A stretch of 64,000 nucleotides of DNA, taken from contig JAYWGM010000044.1 in the NCBI GenBank assembly GCA_043778225.1, positions 1-64,000 of the forward strand. The letters are read 5' to 3'. Of the stretch, positions 49,656 to 58,860 are shown in pieces. Origin of the DNA: Deinococcales bacterium (lineage in GTDB: Bacteria > Deinococcota > Deinococci > Deinococcales > JAAFIG01). Below the pieces are notes generated by a model. The model worked only from the letters and a program-made list of their open reading frames with translations. It was not told the DNA's origin and did no database searches. Each line of letters opens with the position of its first letter. The first letter of the stretch is position 1. The position numbers and the translations under genes are program-made.

Positions 49656-51188
49656 TTATGGCACTTTAGCAAGCCACGCCGCAAAAGCCTTCTGCTCGAG
49701 ACTAAAGACCACCCCAAGTTGCACCACAGGTAACTCGAGACCCGCCGCGTACTGGTTTTGCTCGATTTGCAAAAGTGCATCTTCGGGCGTACCAGACGTT
49801 TTAATTTCAAAAATAATCTGATGAGTTAAAGTCTCGAGCAGAATATCAATCCGCCCTAAACTTGTCTGAACCTGACTCTGGGTTCTAAAACCAGTAGCTA
49901 AAAGCATGATATGCAGCAAACTATGCGGATAGGCTTCTTCACGCCGAAAAATTTCATAAGGAATGCCAGCCAGCACTTGATTGACAGCTGCAAAAAAACC
50001 ATCCCAATCTAAGCGCTCAAGAGCGAGTTGCAAAATATTGGCAAAACCACTGATTTGACTTGGTACAATGAGACTATAAAATCCCAGTAGGCTTCTCGAA
50101 AACGCAAAACGTACTTCAAAATTAGGAAAGGTTAAATCATACCGTACTCCAGAAAAATTCGAGTAAAGTTTTTCGATGGTTAAATAACCAGTTTGAAACA
50201 TTAAGGAAATCGGATCTATATCATCCAAAGCAGTTGCAACTAACGGCGTATCATCTATTTTCTTTGGCTCAAATTCAAGAGGATTCAGTTGTTTGGCTTT
50301 AATCAACTCAAGTAATAAGGTTGGCGTACCCGTTTCGTACCAATACGACTTAAACTGCTGCTGCTCGAGAAAGAGTAGAAAACTAAACGGACAATACAAA
50401 CGATTTATTCCGTCCCAAGAATAGCCATTGTACCAATGCTTAATGCTCTGCCAGAGCGTCTCGAGATTAAGATTAAATTTTGAAGCCAAAGCAGTTAAAT
50501 ACATTGAAAAACCAGCTTCGATTTCCTCCCTCGAGTACCCACAGATACTGGCATACTTGGTACTCAGGCTAATATCCTGCAAATTATTCAAATCCGAAAA
50601 CAAACTGAGCTTACCAATTTTAGAAACACCCGTTAAAAATACCAACTCGAGATACGGATTCATCGGCTTTAAGACCCCATACAGGCTTTTTAAGATTGCC
50701 TGATGCGCGTTACGTTTATCTGGCTCGAGAAGATAATCGGTAATCGGTTTATCGTACTCATCTATTAACACCACGACTTTAGCTTGTTTGGAAAGTTTAT
50801 AAATCAACTCTTCAAAAGCCGAACGAACCGTATCCTGCTCGAGCAGCAAACCATACTCAGCCGCCGATTGCTGCAAGCTGTACAACAAAGAAACCTCGAG
50901 ACTCCGCGCTGAGAAATCCAACCTGGAAAAATCAAGTCGAATAACTGGATGCACCGCAAAATCATGCTGACCCTCGAGCCACAAGCCCACAAATAAATCC
51001 TTACGCCCATCAAAAATTGCTTTTAGTGTAGACACCAATAAAGACTTACCAAACCGCCGAGGACGCGACAAAAAAAAGTACCCACCGGACTCGAGCAACG
51101 GCGCGATAAAATGGGTTTTATCCACATAAACATGACCCCGTTCACGCAGCGTCGGAAAATCCTGAATGCCAATTGGCAGGGTGTTCAT
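49656..51188 (-). CDS. AAA-ATPase-like protein with C-terminal PD-(D/E)XK nuclease domain
   Basis: LPIGIQDF, YVDKT, RPRRFGKSL, IDEYDKP, WYNGY, GRID...FEIK and A..QI...Y motifs. Confidence 0.88.
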   Translation of the reverse strand: MNTLPIGIQDFPTLRERGHVYVDKTHFIAPLLESGGYFFLSRPRRFGKSLLVSTLKAIFDGRKDLFVGLWLEGQHDFAVHPVIRLDFSRLDFSARSLEVSLLYSLQQSAAEYGLLLEQDTVRSAFEELIYKLSKQAKVVVLIDEYDKPITDYLLEPDKRNAHQAILKSLYGVLKPMNPYLELVFLTGVSKIGKLSLFSDLNNLQDISLSTKYASICGYSREEIEAGFSMYLTALASKFNLNLETLWQSIKHWYNGYSWDGINRLYCPFSFLLFLEQQQFKSYWYETGTPTLLLELIKAKQLNPLEFEPKKIDDTPLVATALDDIDPISLMFQTGYLTIEKLYSNFSGVRYDLTFPNFEVRFAFSRSLLGFYSLIVPSQISGFANILQLALERLDWDGFFAAVNQVLAGIPYEIFRREEAYPHSLLHIMLLATGFRTQSQVQTSLGRIDILLETLTHQIIFEIKTSGTPEDALLQIEQNQYAAGLELPVVQLGVVFSLEQKAFAAWLAKVP

Positions 51189-51326
51189 GCCTTAACTATA
51201 GCACTGCCCTCGAGATTATTTTTTGAAACTCGAGCTTACTGCAACTGCTCGGTAATATCAATTTGTATTGGAAATAATTTTACGACGTAACCCAACTCTT
51301 CTGTACAAATATGCTAAAATGCGCCC

Positions 51327-51653
51327 GTGCGGGGTTTTGATGAATCTACCAAAGAAATTCTTGACTGGGAACTCGAAGCTATCCATACCGCGCTGATAAA
51401 CAAAGAGATAGACATTCACCCGCACGCCCTAAAAGCTGCTCGAGACGAAAATATACCACCAAGAGAACTATTAGCAGCCATTCTGGTAGGACGACCAAGC
51501 GAAAAAGATTTACCCAATAATCCCTATCAGCGTTTCGTTGGAATTAATTTTGAACACCAAACAGATGACCAACGATTTATACGAGTCAAAGTAACATGGG
51601 TGGGCAATTATTTAGTCATCACAGCCCATACAATTCGGAGACCACATGAATAA
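51327..51653 (+). CDS. DUF4258-like putative toxin
   Basis: HPHALKAARDENI...LLAAILVG and terminal VITAH. Confidence 0.6.
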   Translation: MRGFDESTKEILDWELEAIHTALINKEIDIHPHALKAARDENIPPRELLAAILVGRPSEKDLPNNPYQRFVGINFEHQTDDQRFIRVKVTWVGNYLVITAHTIRRPHE

Positions 51654-51897
51654 TGTACTCGAGACCAACCAAACACACCCAATTCCTTATATTCAAACCA
51701 TGGACTACCACTACCAAAGCCCAGAGGGTCGAACAATACTGGTTAAAAATGTGCCAATAAAAACCCATATTGACCAGTACGGCACAAGTCATCAGGTTTT
51801 CTCGAGCGACGTAGCCCAAGTATTATATGACCTAATCGGACTGGCTCTAGCCAACAATTCGCAAAACCAAGAAACGGTTGAATACCTCAATACCTAA
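51646..51897 (+). CDS. YgiT/MqsA-like putative antitoxin lacking cysteines
   Basis: GRTILVKNVP...G....FS.DV pattern; overlaps the upstream stop. Confidence 0.5.
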   Translation: MNNVLETNQTHPIPYIQTMDYHYQSPEGRTILVKNVPIKTHIDQYGTSHQVFSSDVAQVLYDLIGLALANNSQNQETVEYLNT

Positions 51898-53486
51898 GCA
51901 GTTTTGAGCGCATCTGGACTTGGTTCAGGTTGCTTTAAGCCAGCTGCTGCCATCCAAAATGCCAAATGCACAGGCGCATAGAAAAATAAATAATCCACCG
52001 AGTTAATCACAAAAATAGCCGCTAAAAGAGCCAATGCCCCTGCGTCTCGAGACCGCCATGCTTTTAGAATCACCCAGCCCCATAGCCAAAGCATGGCGAG
52101 CAGCCCAACCAACCCAGATTCACCCGCCGTTTGCAACCAGAGGTTGTGAGCATGGGTCAAGGTGTCCTTGGTCAGCCCGTAACCAGTGGCTCGAGCATCG
52201 AGCTTAACCTTCATAGCAGCAGATAAATCGCCAGTGCCAATAAGAAAAGTACGCGGGTTCTCGAGCCACGCCTTGGTAGCAAGTCGCCAAATCTCGAGCC
52301 GACCTCGAGCGGAGTCTTGGTCCGCAATGTTTAGGGAACGAATACCAGATTGTTGAGTGACGCTCGGAACTGCGGCTGGTGTGGTTTGGATATTTTTGAA
52401 TTGTAAAAAAGCAACACCTGCAAAACAAAAAAGCAGGATAAGAGGTAGAGTTTTATAAAAACGTGAACGAGCCAAAAAGAGGATGAATAAGCCTATTGTA
52501 AATGCAGCAAGCGCCCCTCGAGAACCAGAAAGAAAAACAGAAAGTAGTGCTGGTATTGCCATCACAAAACCTCCGAAATAAGCAGGTGTTAAAGCTGCCA
52601 AAAGTAATGCAACAACAGTCATTTGTGCGCCAAAAGCATTTTCATTAAATACTAACCCGTTGGAACGAGTCATATCTGTTAGAACTTCCAGAGGCATGGG
52701 TTGGGTCAATAGGATAACTCGAGAATTGCGTGTTTGCAGTTCTGGATTGTTCCAATTCCAAGTGCCATAACCACCAATTCCCAGAACTGCCGCACCCCTA
52801 GCTAAAAGGTTGACTTCTATTGTGCATAACGTCCATTGAACATTCACATTACAAATTTGGTCACTACGCCCATTTGGAAGAGCCGCATGAATAAACCCAA
52901 TATTGAGCTTAAAAGGCTTTTTGGAGCGAATTTCTAATTGGTAACGAACTTTTCCAGAGCCTTGCCACGTTGTATTTTGCAATGCCCAAGCATTACTCTT
53001 TTCTGTTATTACAAATTCTGTTATGCGTTCAATTTGTTTTTGGGTAGCTAGTACGGGTTCGTTAATCCAAAATAATTCACCTCCAAAAAAATTGAAAGCC
53101 ATCTTTGGAATAAAAAGAACTCCAAAGACAATAACACTACCTATAAAAATTCCTATGGTGATGACTCTAGGATTAAAACTATTTAACCATTGAGCCAAAA
53201 AATAAAAAATTAGGACAGCCAAACTCTCTAAAATACTCTGATTCAGATTTAAGGAATTGACAGAGCTTAAAATTTTAGTAAAACAAAGACCCACAATAAT
53301 CCAAAAGAATAATTTTTGTGTATGAATAGTTTTCAAACCATCAAAAAATAATGATGCAATACCAAAAGCACTTAAAAATATAACCAAACTAACTTCGGGT
53401 TGAATCGCTAGAGCCACATACCCAAGTCCAGCCAACCCAGGCAATAAATTAATACGAATAAAGTCTGGTATCTTAACTACTTGCAC
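51894..53486 (-). CDS. O-antigen ligase / O-oligosaccharyltransferase family protein
   Basis: Multi-TM; N.NAFG, SGSRGA, RLEIW and HAHNLWLQ..GE.G..G motifs. Confidence 0.85.
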   Translation of the reverse strand: MQVVKIPDFIRINLLPGLAGLGYVALAIQPEVSLVIFLSAFGIASLFFDGLKTIHTQKLFFWIIVGLCFTKILSSVNSLNLNQSILESLAVLIFYFLAQWLNSFNPRVITIGIFIGSVIVFGVLFIPKMAFNFFGGELFWINEPVLATQKQIERITEFVITEKSNAWALQNTTWQGSGKVRYQLEIRSKKPFKLNIGFIHAALPNGRSDQICNVNVQWTLCTIEVNLLARGAAVLGIGGYGTWNWNNPELQTRNSRVILLTQPMPLEVLTDMTRSNGLVFNENAFGAQMTVVALLLAALTPAYFGGFVMAIPALLSVFLSGSRGALAAFTIGLFILFLARSRFYKTLPLILLFCFAGVAFLQFKNIQTTPAAVPSVTQQSGIRSLNIADQDSARGRLEIWRLATKAWLENPRTFLIGTGDLSAAMKVKLDARATGYGLTKDTLTHAHNLWLQTAGESGLVGLLAMLWLWGWVILKAWRSRDAGALALLAAIFVINSVDYLFFYAPVHLAFWMAAAGLKQPEPSPDALKTA

Positions 53487-54666
53487 GATCCATCACTGTA
53501 ATAACGGCATCAGCAACTGCTCGAATATCTGTGGACAAAAGCGTAGGGTGAACCAAAAACATCAAACTGGTCTCACCAAGTACCTTAGCAACAGGTAATC
53601 GTTCTATAGGCGCTAGTCCAGCATTTGCAAAAGCCTTCTCGAGATAAATTTCTGAGCAAGACCCTGAGAAACATGGCACACCTAATGCGGTAATCTCATT
53701 CATAATTCGGTCTCGAGTCCAACCTGCTTTGAGTTGCTTTTGTTTTACGAAAACGTAATATTTATAGTACGAATGAAAAATATCATCGGGTACTCGAGTC
53801 ACCCGTAAAGCTGGCATACTCGAGAACGCCTCGGTCAGAATAGCTGCATTTGCTCGGCGCTGCTCAATCCAGTTTGGTAGTTTTCGCAATTGAATCCGTC
53901 CAATTGCGGCTTGCACCTCGAGCATACGCCAGTTTGTACCAAAGGATTCGTGTAACCATCTAAATCCGGGCGCGTGTTGACGATTATAAACAGCATCAAA
54001 GCTCTTACCATGGTCTTTATATGCCCATGCCTTCGCCCATACTTCTGGGTCATTCAACGCTAACAGACCACCTTCACCACCTGTACTCATAATTTTATCT
54101 TGACAAAAAGAAAACGCTCCAGCATGACCAATGCTACCAACAGGCTTACCTTTGTAAAATGCACCATGTGCCTGAGCGCAATCTTCAATCACAATTAGGT
54201 TATGTTTAGCCGCCAATTCCATAATTGCATCCATATCGCATGGATAACCCGCCAAATGTACAGCAATAATGGCTCTCGAGCGCGGCGTAATGACCTTAGC
54301 AATGGTTTGTGCAGTAATGTTTTGTGAAACTGGGTCAACATCCGCCATGATTGGAACAGCACCACGCATAACCGCAGCACTTGCGGAGGCAATAAAAGTA
54401 CGTGGTGTGGTAATCACCTCGTCCCCTGCACCAATACCAAAAGCATAGAGCGCCAACTCGAGGGCAGCCGTACCATTGTGCAATGCAATGGCGTGCTTGA
54501 CATCCAAATACTCGGCATACTCACGTTCAAATTCTCGAGATTCCGTACCAGTCCAGTAATTGACCTTACCTGATTGTAAGACCTCGAGAACCGCAGCAGT
54601 TTCATCGGGTTCAAAAACGGGCCAAGGTGCGCTTGAATATGTGGTTTTGGTCAGTGTCTGAGTCAT
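53473..54666 (-). CDS. DegT/DnrJ/EryC1/StrS sugar aminotransferase (PglE-like)
   Basis: NGTAAL, VHLAG, EDCAQAHG and FSFCQDKIMSTGGEGG motifs. Confidence 0.92.
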   Translation of the reverse strand: MTQTLTKTTYSSAPWPVFEPDETAAVLEVLQSGKVNYWTGTESREFEREYAEYLDVKHAIALHNGTAALELALYAFGIGAGDEVITTPRTFIASASAAVMRGAVPIMADVDPVSQNITAQTIAKVITPRSRAIIAVHLAGYPCDMDAIMELAAKHNLIVIEDCAQAHGAFYKGKPVGSIGHAGAFSFCQDKIMSTGGEGGLLALNDPEVWAKAWAYKDHGKSFDAVYNRQHAPGFRWLHESFGTNWRMLEVQAAIGRIQLRKLPNWIEQRRANAAILTEAFSSMPALRVTRVPDDIFHSYYKYYVFVKQKQLKAGWTRDRIMNEITALGVPCFSGSCSEIYLEKAFANAGLAPIERLPVAKVLGETSLMFLVHPTLLSTDIRAVADAVITVMDRASS

Positions 54667-54683
54667 AATTACCGCTCATTATA

Positions 54684-55292
54684 TCAAGCAGATGTGAGAC
54701 GTTTTGCTGGAATGCCTACAAAAGTCCCATTCGAGTCTAGGTTTTCTACACATACGCTACCTGCTCCAAGAGTTGACCATGCACCAATATGCTTATTTGG
54801 AATAACTACCGAACCAGCCCCAATAAATACGCCAGTCTCGAGAGTGACACCACCTGTCAAAGTAGCATTTGGGGCAACATGACAGTAATCTGCAATTTTG
54901 CAATCGTGGTCTATAGAAGCCGAAGAATTCACAATACAATGCTGACCAATGACTGCATCAGCTTGGATAACTGCTCCTGCAAAAACTACTGTACCCGCCT
55001 GGAGTATTGCGCGGCTCGAGAGAATTGCTTTAGGGTGAATAACTGTTGCCCAAGAAAAGTGACTAGATAACGCTAAGTCTAACTTTTGCCGTACTAAATT
55101 TGACCCAATAGCAATAGTAACATGAACATCTTTTGGTGGCTCGAGATTACTCGGCTTTCCTAAATGCGGTAAGCCGAACAAAGCAGCATCTAAATTATCA
55201 TCCGCAAAACCAAGCACTTGCCAGCCAGCCAGTTGTGCAGTGTCTGCTACAACTTTTGCATGACCCCCTGCACCAATAATCACTAATTTCAT
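54684..55292 (-). CDS. Sugar acetyltransferase (PglD/NeuD family)
   Basis: IGAGGHAKVV, AIGSN..R, IDHDC and hexapeptide repeats. Confidence 0.9.
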   Translation of the reverse strand: MKLVIIGAGGHAKVVADTAQLAGWQVLGFADDNLDAALFGLPHLGKPSNLEPPKDVHVTIAIGSNLVRQKLDLALSSHFSWATVIHPKAILSSRAILQAGTVVFAGAVIQADAVIGQHCIVNSSASIDHDCKIADYCHVAPNATLTGGVTLETGVFIGAGSVVIPNKHIGAWSTLGAGSVCVENLDSNGTFVGIPAKRLTSA

Positions 55293-57073
55293 TGATTTGG
55301 CTCTATCTGCCCTGTGAATACTGGCATTGTTGCATCACCTATAGCACTAATCCCATCACGTTTTATGACTTTTATAACAGTCTTCCACAAAATCTGTATG
55401 TCTAAAATAAGCGTTTGATTGTTTACATACCAAACATCTAATTTGAATTTTTCTTCCCAAGAAATAGAATTACGTCCGTTCACTTGCGCCCAGCCAGTTA
55501 TGCCTGGTTTAACTTCATGCCGCCTAGCCTGCTCTGAAGTATATCGCTCGAGGTATTCCATCAGCAATGGGCGTGGACCAACTAAGCTCATGTCACCGCG
55601 CAAAACATTCCATAATCCTGGTAGTTCATCTAGGCTTGTTGCCCGAAGCCATTTGCCAAATGGAGTGAGGCGGTCAGCATCTGGTAATAAGTTACCACTA
55701 CCATCTCGAGCATCGGTCATGGTGCGGAACTTATACATCTCAAATGGTTTACCGTTTAGCCCTGGGCGTTTTTGACTAAACAAAATAGGTGTACCTAATC
55801 GTTGCCGAACCAACCAAGCTACAATCACAAGTACAGGTGCAAGCAAAACCAAAGCCCCAGAAACAGCAATTATATCAAAACAACGTTTTAGCCAACGCGC
55901 ACGCTGCTGCTGTATGCCAATTCGCTCGGTATACAACGAAGTATATAATTGATGTAACCCTTGCCAAATTTCCTCTGGCTTAAAATCTTTTTCGGCACGA
56001 TTTTTACCCGCTTGACCCATAGCAATTGCCATTTCAGGATTCTCGAGAAGGGTGCATATGGCTCGAGTCAGTGCTTTAATATCTCCCACAGGTACAATCA
56101 AACCTGTTACAGAATCAATCACCGAATCTACCGCACCAGTCGCATTGGTGGTTATCACTGGCTTTCCTGCTGCGGCTGCCTCAAGTGGCACATTAGGAAA
56201 ACCCTCTCGGTATGTTGGTAGTATTAGCATATCAAGCACCTGGTAATAGGAACTCGGATCAGCCACAAATCCTAATTTTACAATCTGAGGATTTGACTCA
56301 ATTTGATTTCGATTATTCTCCAAAACAGGGTCGCCAACCTCATAATCACCTAAAATTACTAAGTAAGTATTTGGGAATTTTTCAAGAACATTCTGAAAAC
56401 TATCAACTAGCTCCCTAATACCTTTATCTCGAGTTAATCGCCCAACAAAACCAAGTACAGGTGCATCCAAAGGAATGTTGAACTGTTCTCGAATTTGCCT
56501 TGCAGCTTTGACTCGAGCCGGCGTTGATTCATACCGAGAAATTTCTATTCCGTTAATACTCCCAGACCCTAAGACAATAATTTTATCTTCTTTAGCTAGA
56601 CTCAATTCAACAACTCTTTTCTTGAGGCTATGGCTAACACAAACAATTTTATGGGCAACTAAACAAGCCAACCACTCGGACAACCATAAAATTGTACGCT
56701 TAAAGCCAGTCACTGTTTCCAACCGCAATCCCGCAATTGTGTACACTCGAGCAGGCGTTCTTGCCAGAAAACTGGCTATCCCAGTAATCAAACCTGCTTT
56801 TGGAGTAAGGACTTGCGAAACATCTGGTTTAAGCTCCCTAATCTTCAAATAATTATTCCATAAAGAAAAAATATCAGATTTAAGACTAATCTCACGTTGC
56901 ATTTTAATCGTAGAAAACCGACTAAATCCCCTATTCAATAGTTTTTCTTCAGATTCGTTATCGCCAGAAAGAATATCAACTTCTATTTTCTTATCAAAAA
57001 GAAATCTATCCAAGCCAATGAAAAAAGCCCAAGCGCTGACCGAAGCTGTTGTCGCATACAAAAATCTCTTCAT
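55289..57073 (-). CDS. GT4 glycosyltransferase fused to a PglC-type phosphoglycosyl transferase
   Basis: N-terminal FVGRL..DKG and REGFPNVPLEA; C-terminal KRCFD, KFRTM, LDELP, GDMSLVGPRP and PGITGWAQ. Confidence 0.9.
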   Translation of the reverse strand: MKRFLYATTASVSAWAFFIGLDRFLFDKKIEVDILSGDNESEEKLLNRGFSRFSTIKMQREISLKSDIFSLWNNYLKIRELKPDVSQVLTPKAGLITGIASFLARTPARVYTIAGLRLETVTGFKRTILWLSEWLACLVAHKIVCVSHSLKKRVVELSLAKEDKIIVLGSGSINGIEISRYESTPARVKAARQIREQFNIPLDAPVLGFVGRLTRDKGIRELVDSFQNVLEKFPNTYLVILGDYEVGDPVLENNRNQIESNPQIVKLGFVADPSSYYQVLDMLILPTYREGFPNVPLEAAAAGKPVITTNATGAVDSVIDSVTGLIVPVGDIKALTRAICTLLENPEMAIAMGQAGKNRAEKDFKPEEIWQGLHQLYTSLYTERIGIQQQRARWLKRCFDIIAVSGALVLLAPVLVIVAWLVRQRLGTPILFSQKRPGLNGKPFEMYKFRTMTDARDGSGNLLPDADRLTPFGKWLRATSLDELPGLWNVLRGDMSLVGPRPLLMEYLERYTSEQARRHEVKPGITGWAQVNGRNSISWEEKFKLDVWYVNNQTLILDIQILWKTVIKVIKRDGISAIGDATMPVFTGQIEPNQ

Positions 57074-57984
57074 GAATTTCTTCTTTCAAAATCGAATACC
57101 TTATTCATTATAGAATCAAATTCTAAAATTTGCATATACTTTCTAATTTCAGAATTATCCAATACTGACCGCTTAACCTCACTTGAACGAGGCTCGAGAA
57201 ACTCTATTTTGCTTTTCGACTCTACATTTTGCAAAATTAATTCAGCCAATCTAAGTGTTGGTACTGCTTGTGCCGAAGAGATATTAATTGTTTTTTCAGT
57301 AATAACATTTTGCACACATAGCAGATTCGCCATTGCAACATTATCAACATCAATATAATCTCGAAAACAACCTTCATCCCCCAATACTTCTCGTCCAAAA
57401 ATTGTCAGAGGCTGATTTGCTTTTGCTTTCTCGAGCAAAATAGATAGAAGCAACCCTTCCCCTTTTTTTGGCTGATTTTTGCCAATAATGTTTGAGTACC
57501 TAAGAATATTATACTGAAATCCGTATGTTAGACTAAATGTATGTAGGTACTGCTCAAATGCCAATTTGCTAGTTGCATAGGGGCTAATTGGACGCACTGC
57601 CCAACTTGGGTGTGCAAGTTGGGGGTCTGGTACTTCTCCATAAATTGCGCCACCTGAACTCGAAAAGATAAATTTCTCCAAGCCAACTTTTGCAGCTTCC
57701 ACAACTAAATTTACAGAACCCAGAAGATTTACAGAAATATCTCGGAGTGGGTCTTGTTCTTTGAGTAAAGCTGCTGTGTGGATAATAACTTGTGGTTTTA
57801 ATAAATTGAGTACATTAAAAACACTTTTTTGATCAGCTAAATCCAGGTAGAAAACAGTCTCTTGATTTACTAATTTATAATTTGATGTTGTTCCATAAAA
57901 TTTCAGATTGTGTAATTTTAATTGATTAACTATACTTTGACCAACAAAACCATTTATGCCAGTAATAAGGATTCTTCTATTCAT
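57070..57984 (-). CDS. NAD-dependent epimerase/dehydratase
   Basis: TGINGFVG, SSGGAIYG, YATSK and RDYI motifs. Confidence 0.88.
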   Translation of the reverse strand: MNRRILITGINGFVGQSIVNQLKLHNLKFYGTTSNYKLVNQETVFYLDLADQKSVFNVLNLLKPQVIIHTAALLKEQDPLRDISVNLLGSVNLVVEAAKVGLEKFIFSSSGGAIYGEVPDPQLAHPSWAVRPISPYATSKLAFEQYLHTFSLTYGFQYNILRYSNIIGKNQPKKGEGLLLSILLEKAKANQPLTIFGREVLGDEGCFRDYIDVDNVAMANLLCVQNVITEKTINISSAQAVPTLRLAELILQNVESKSKIEFLEPRSSEVKRSVLDNSEIRKYMQILEFDSIMNKVFDFERRNS

Positions 57985-58083
57985 AGTTATACTCCAAGAT
58001 TACTTATGAAAAATATGGATTTATCGAAAAAAGTAGGAAAATAATGGCTTAATAATAGAGTGAAGAATCCTACCAAGAACTTA

Positions 58084-58848
58084 TTAAACTCGTTTAGATA
58101 GAAAAATACATTTGGCAGACCAAACGATAAAGGCGGCGAAATTTGCCAAGGAGAAGTGTAGCAAAAACTCCCTAAGTCTGTATCCTGCAACCTCAGCATA
58201 ACTTTGTCTACTCCCTCGGCTCATGCCAGATCCAACGCGATAGCCCAATGTTATTTCAGAGCAGTTCCTAAATACTATACTCGGGTCGCGTCTCATTCTA
58301 ACCCATAGATCGTAATCCTCACTTTTGAATCCATTTGCGTAACCTTTAAACTTCAAAATATCCGACTTTTTTATACAAACCGAAGGATGACAAAATGGAT
58401 TGGAAAACGGTAGCATTTTGCGTATTGCTTCGTTGTCACAGGGTGGCTTTAAGACTCTGAGATGATTCCCTGCTAAATCAATTTCTTGAACCCAAGATCC
58501 ACAAACTGATGGATAATTATTGTCTCTTATAAAATCATACATCACGCGAAGTCTATTTGGATAAGAAATATCGTCTCCATCCATCCGCACTAAGTATTCA
58601 CAGTCAATATTCTGTAAGCCCAAATCCAACGAAAACGAAAGTCGTTCAAGGGGAGTAAATACAAAATTCACATTTCTCAATCGATATTTTTCCAGAAGAG
58701 ATATATCTATTAAAGTACCATTAACAACAACTACGATACTAAAATCATTAAACTCTTGAAGTAATATACTCTCTAAAGCCTGTTCAAATAATAAGTCGTA
58801 ACGATTTATTGCAATTAAAACTCCAAAAAAAACTTTCATATCAATCAC
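58084..58848 (-). CDS. GT2 glycosyltransferase
   Basis: RMDGDD, HPSV and EDYDLW motifs. Confidence 0.88.
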   Translation of the reverse strand: MIDMKVFFGVLIAINRYDLLFEQALESILLQEFNDFSIVVVVNGTLIDISLLEKYRLRNVNFVFTPLERLSFSLDLGLQNIDCEYLVRMDGDDISYPNRLRVMYDFIRDNNYPSVCGSWVQEIDLAGNHLRVLKPPCDNEAIRKMLPFSNPFCHPSVCIKKSDILKFKGYANGFKSEDYDLWVRMRRDPSIVFRNCSEITLGYRVGSGMSRGSRQSYAEVAGYRLREFLLHFSLANFAAFIVWSAKCIFLSKRV

Positions 58849-58860
58849 CTGTGAAAAAAC

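Noticed and set aside
57987..58199. 70-aa hydrophobic ORF
   Set aside because: It overlaps the GT2 gene in another frame and is probably an artefact of AT-rich sequence.
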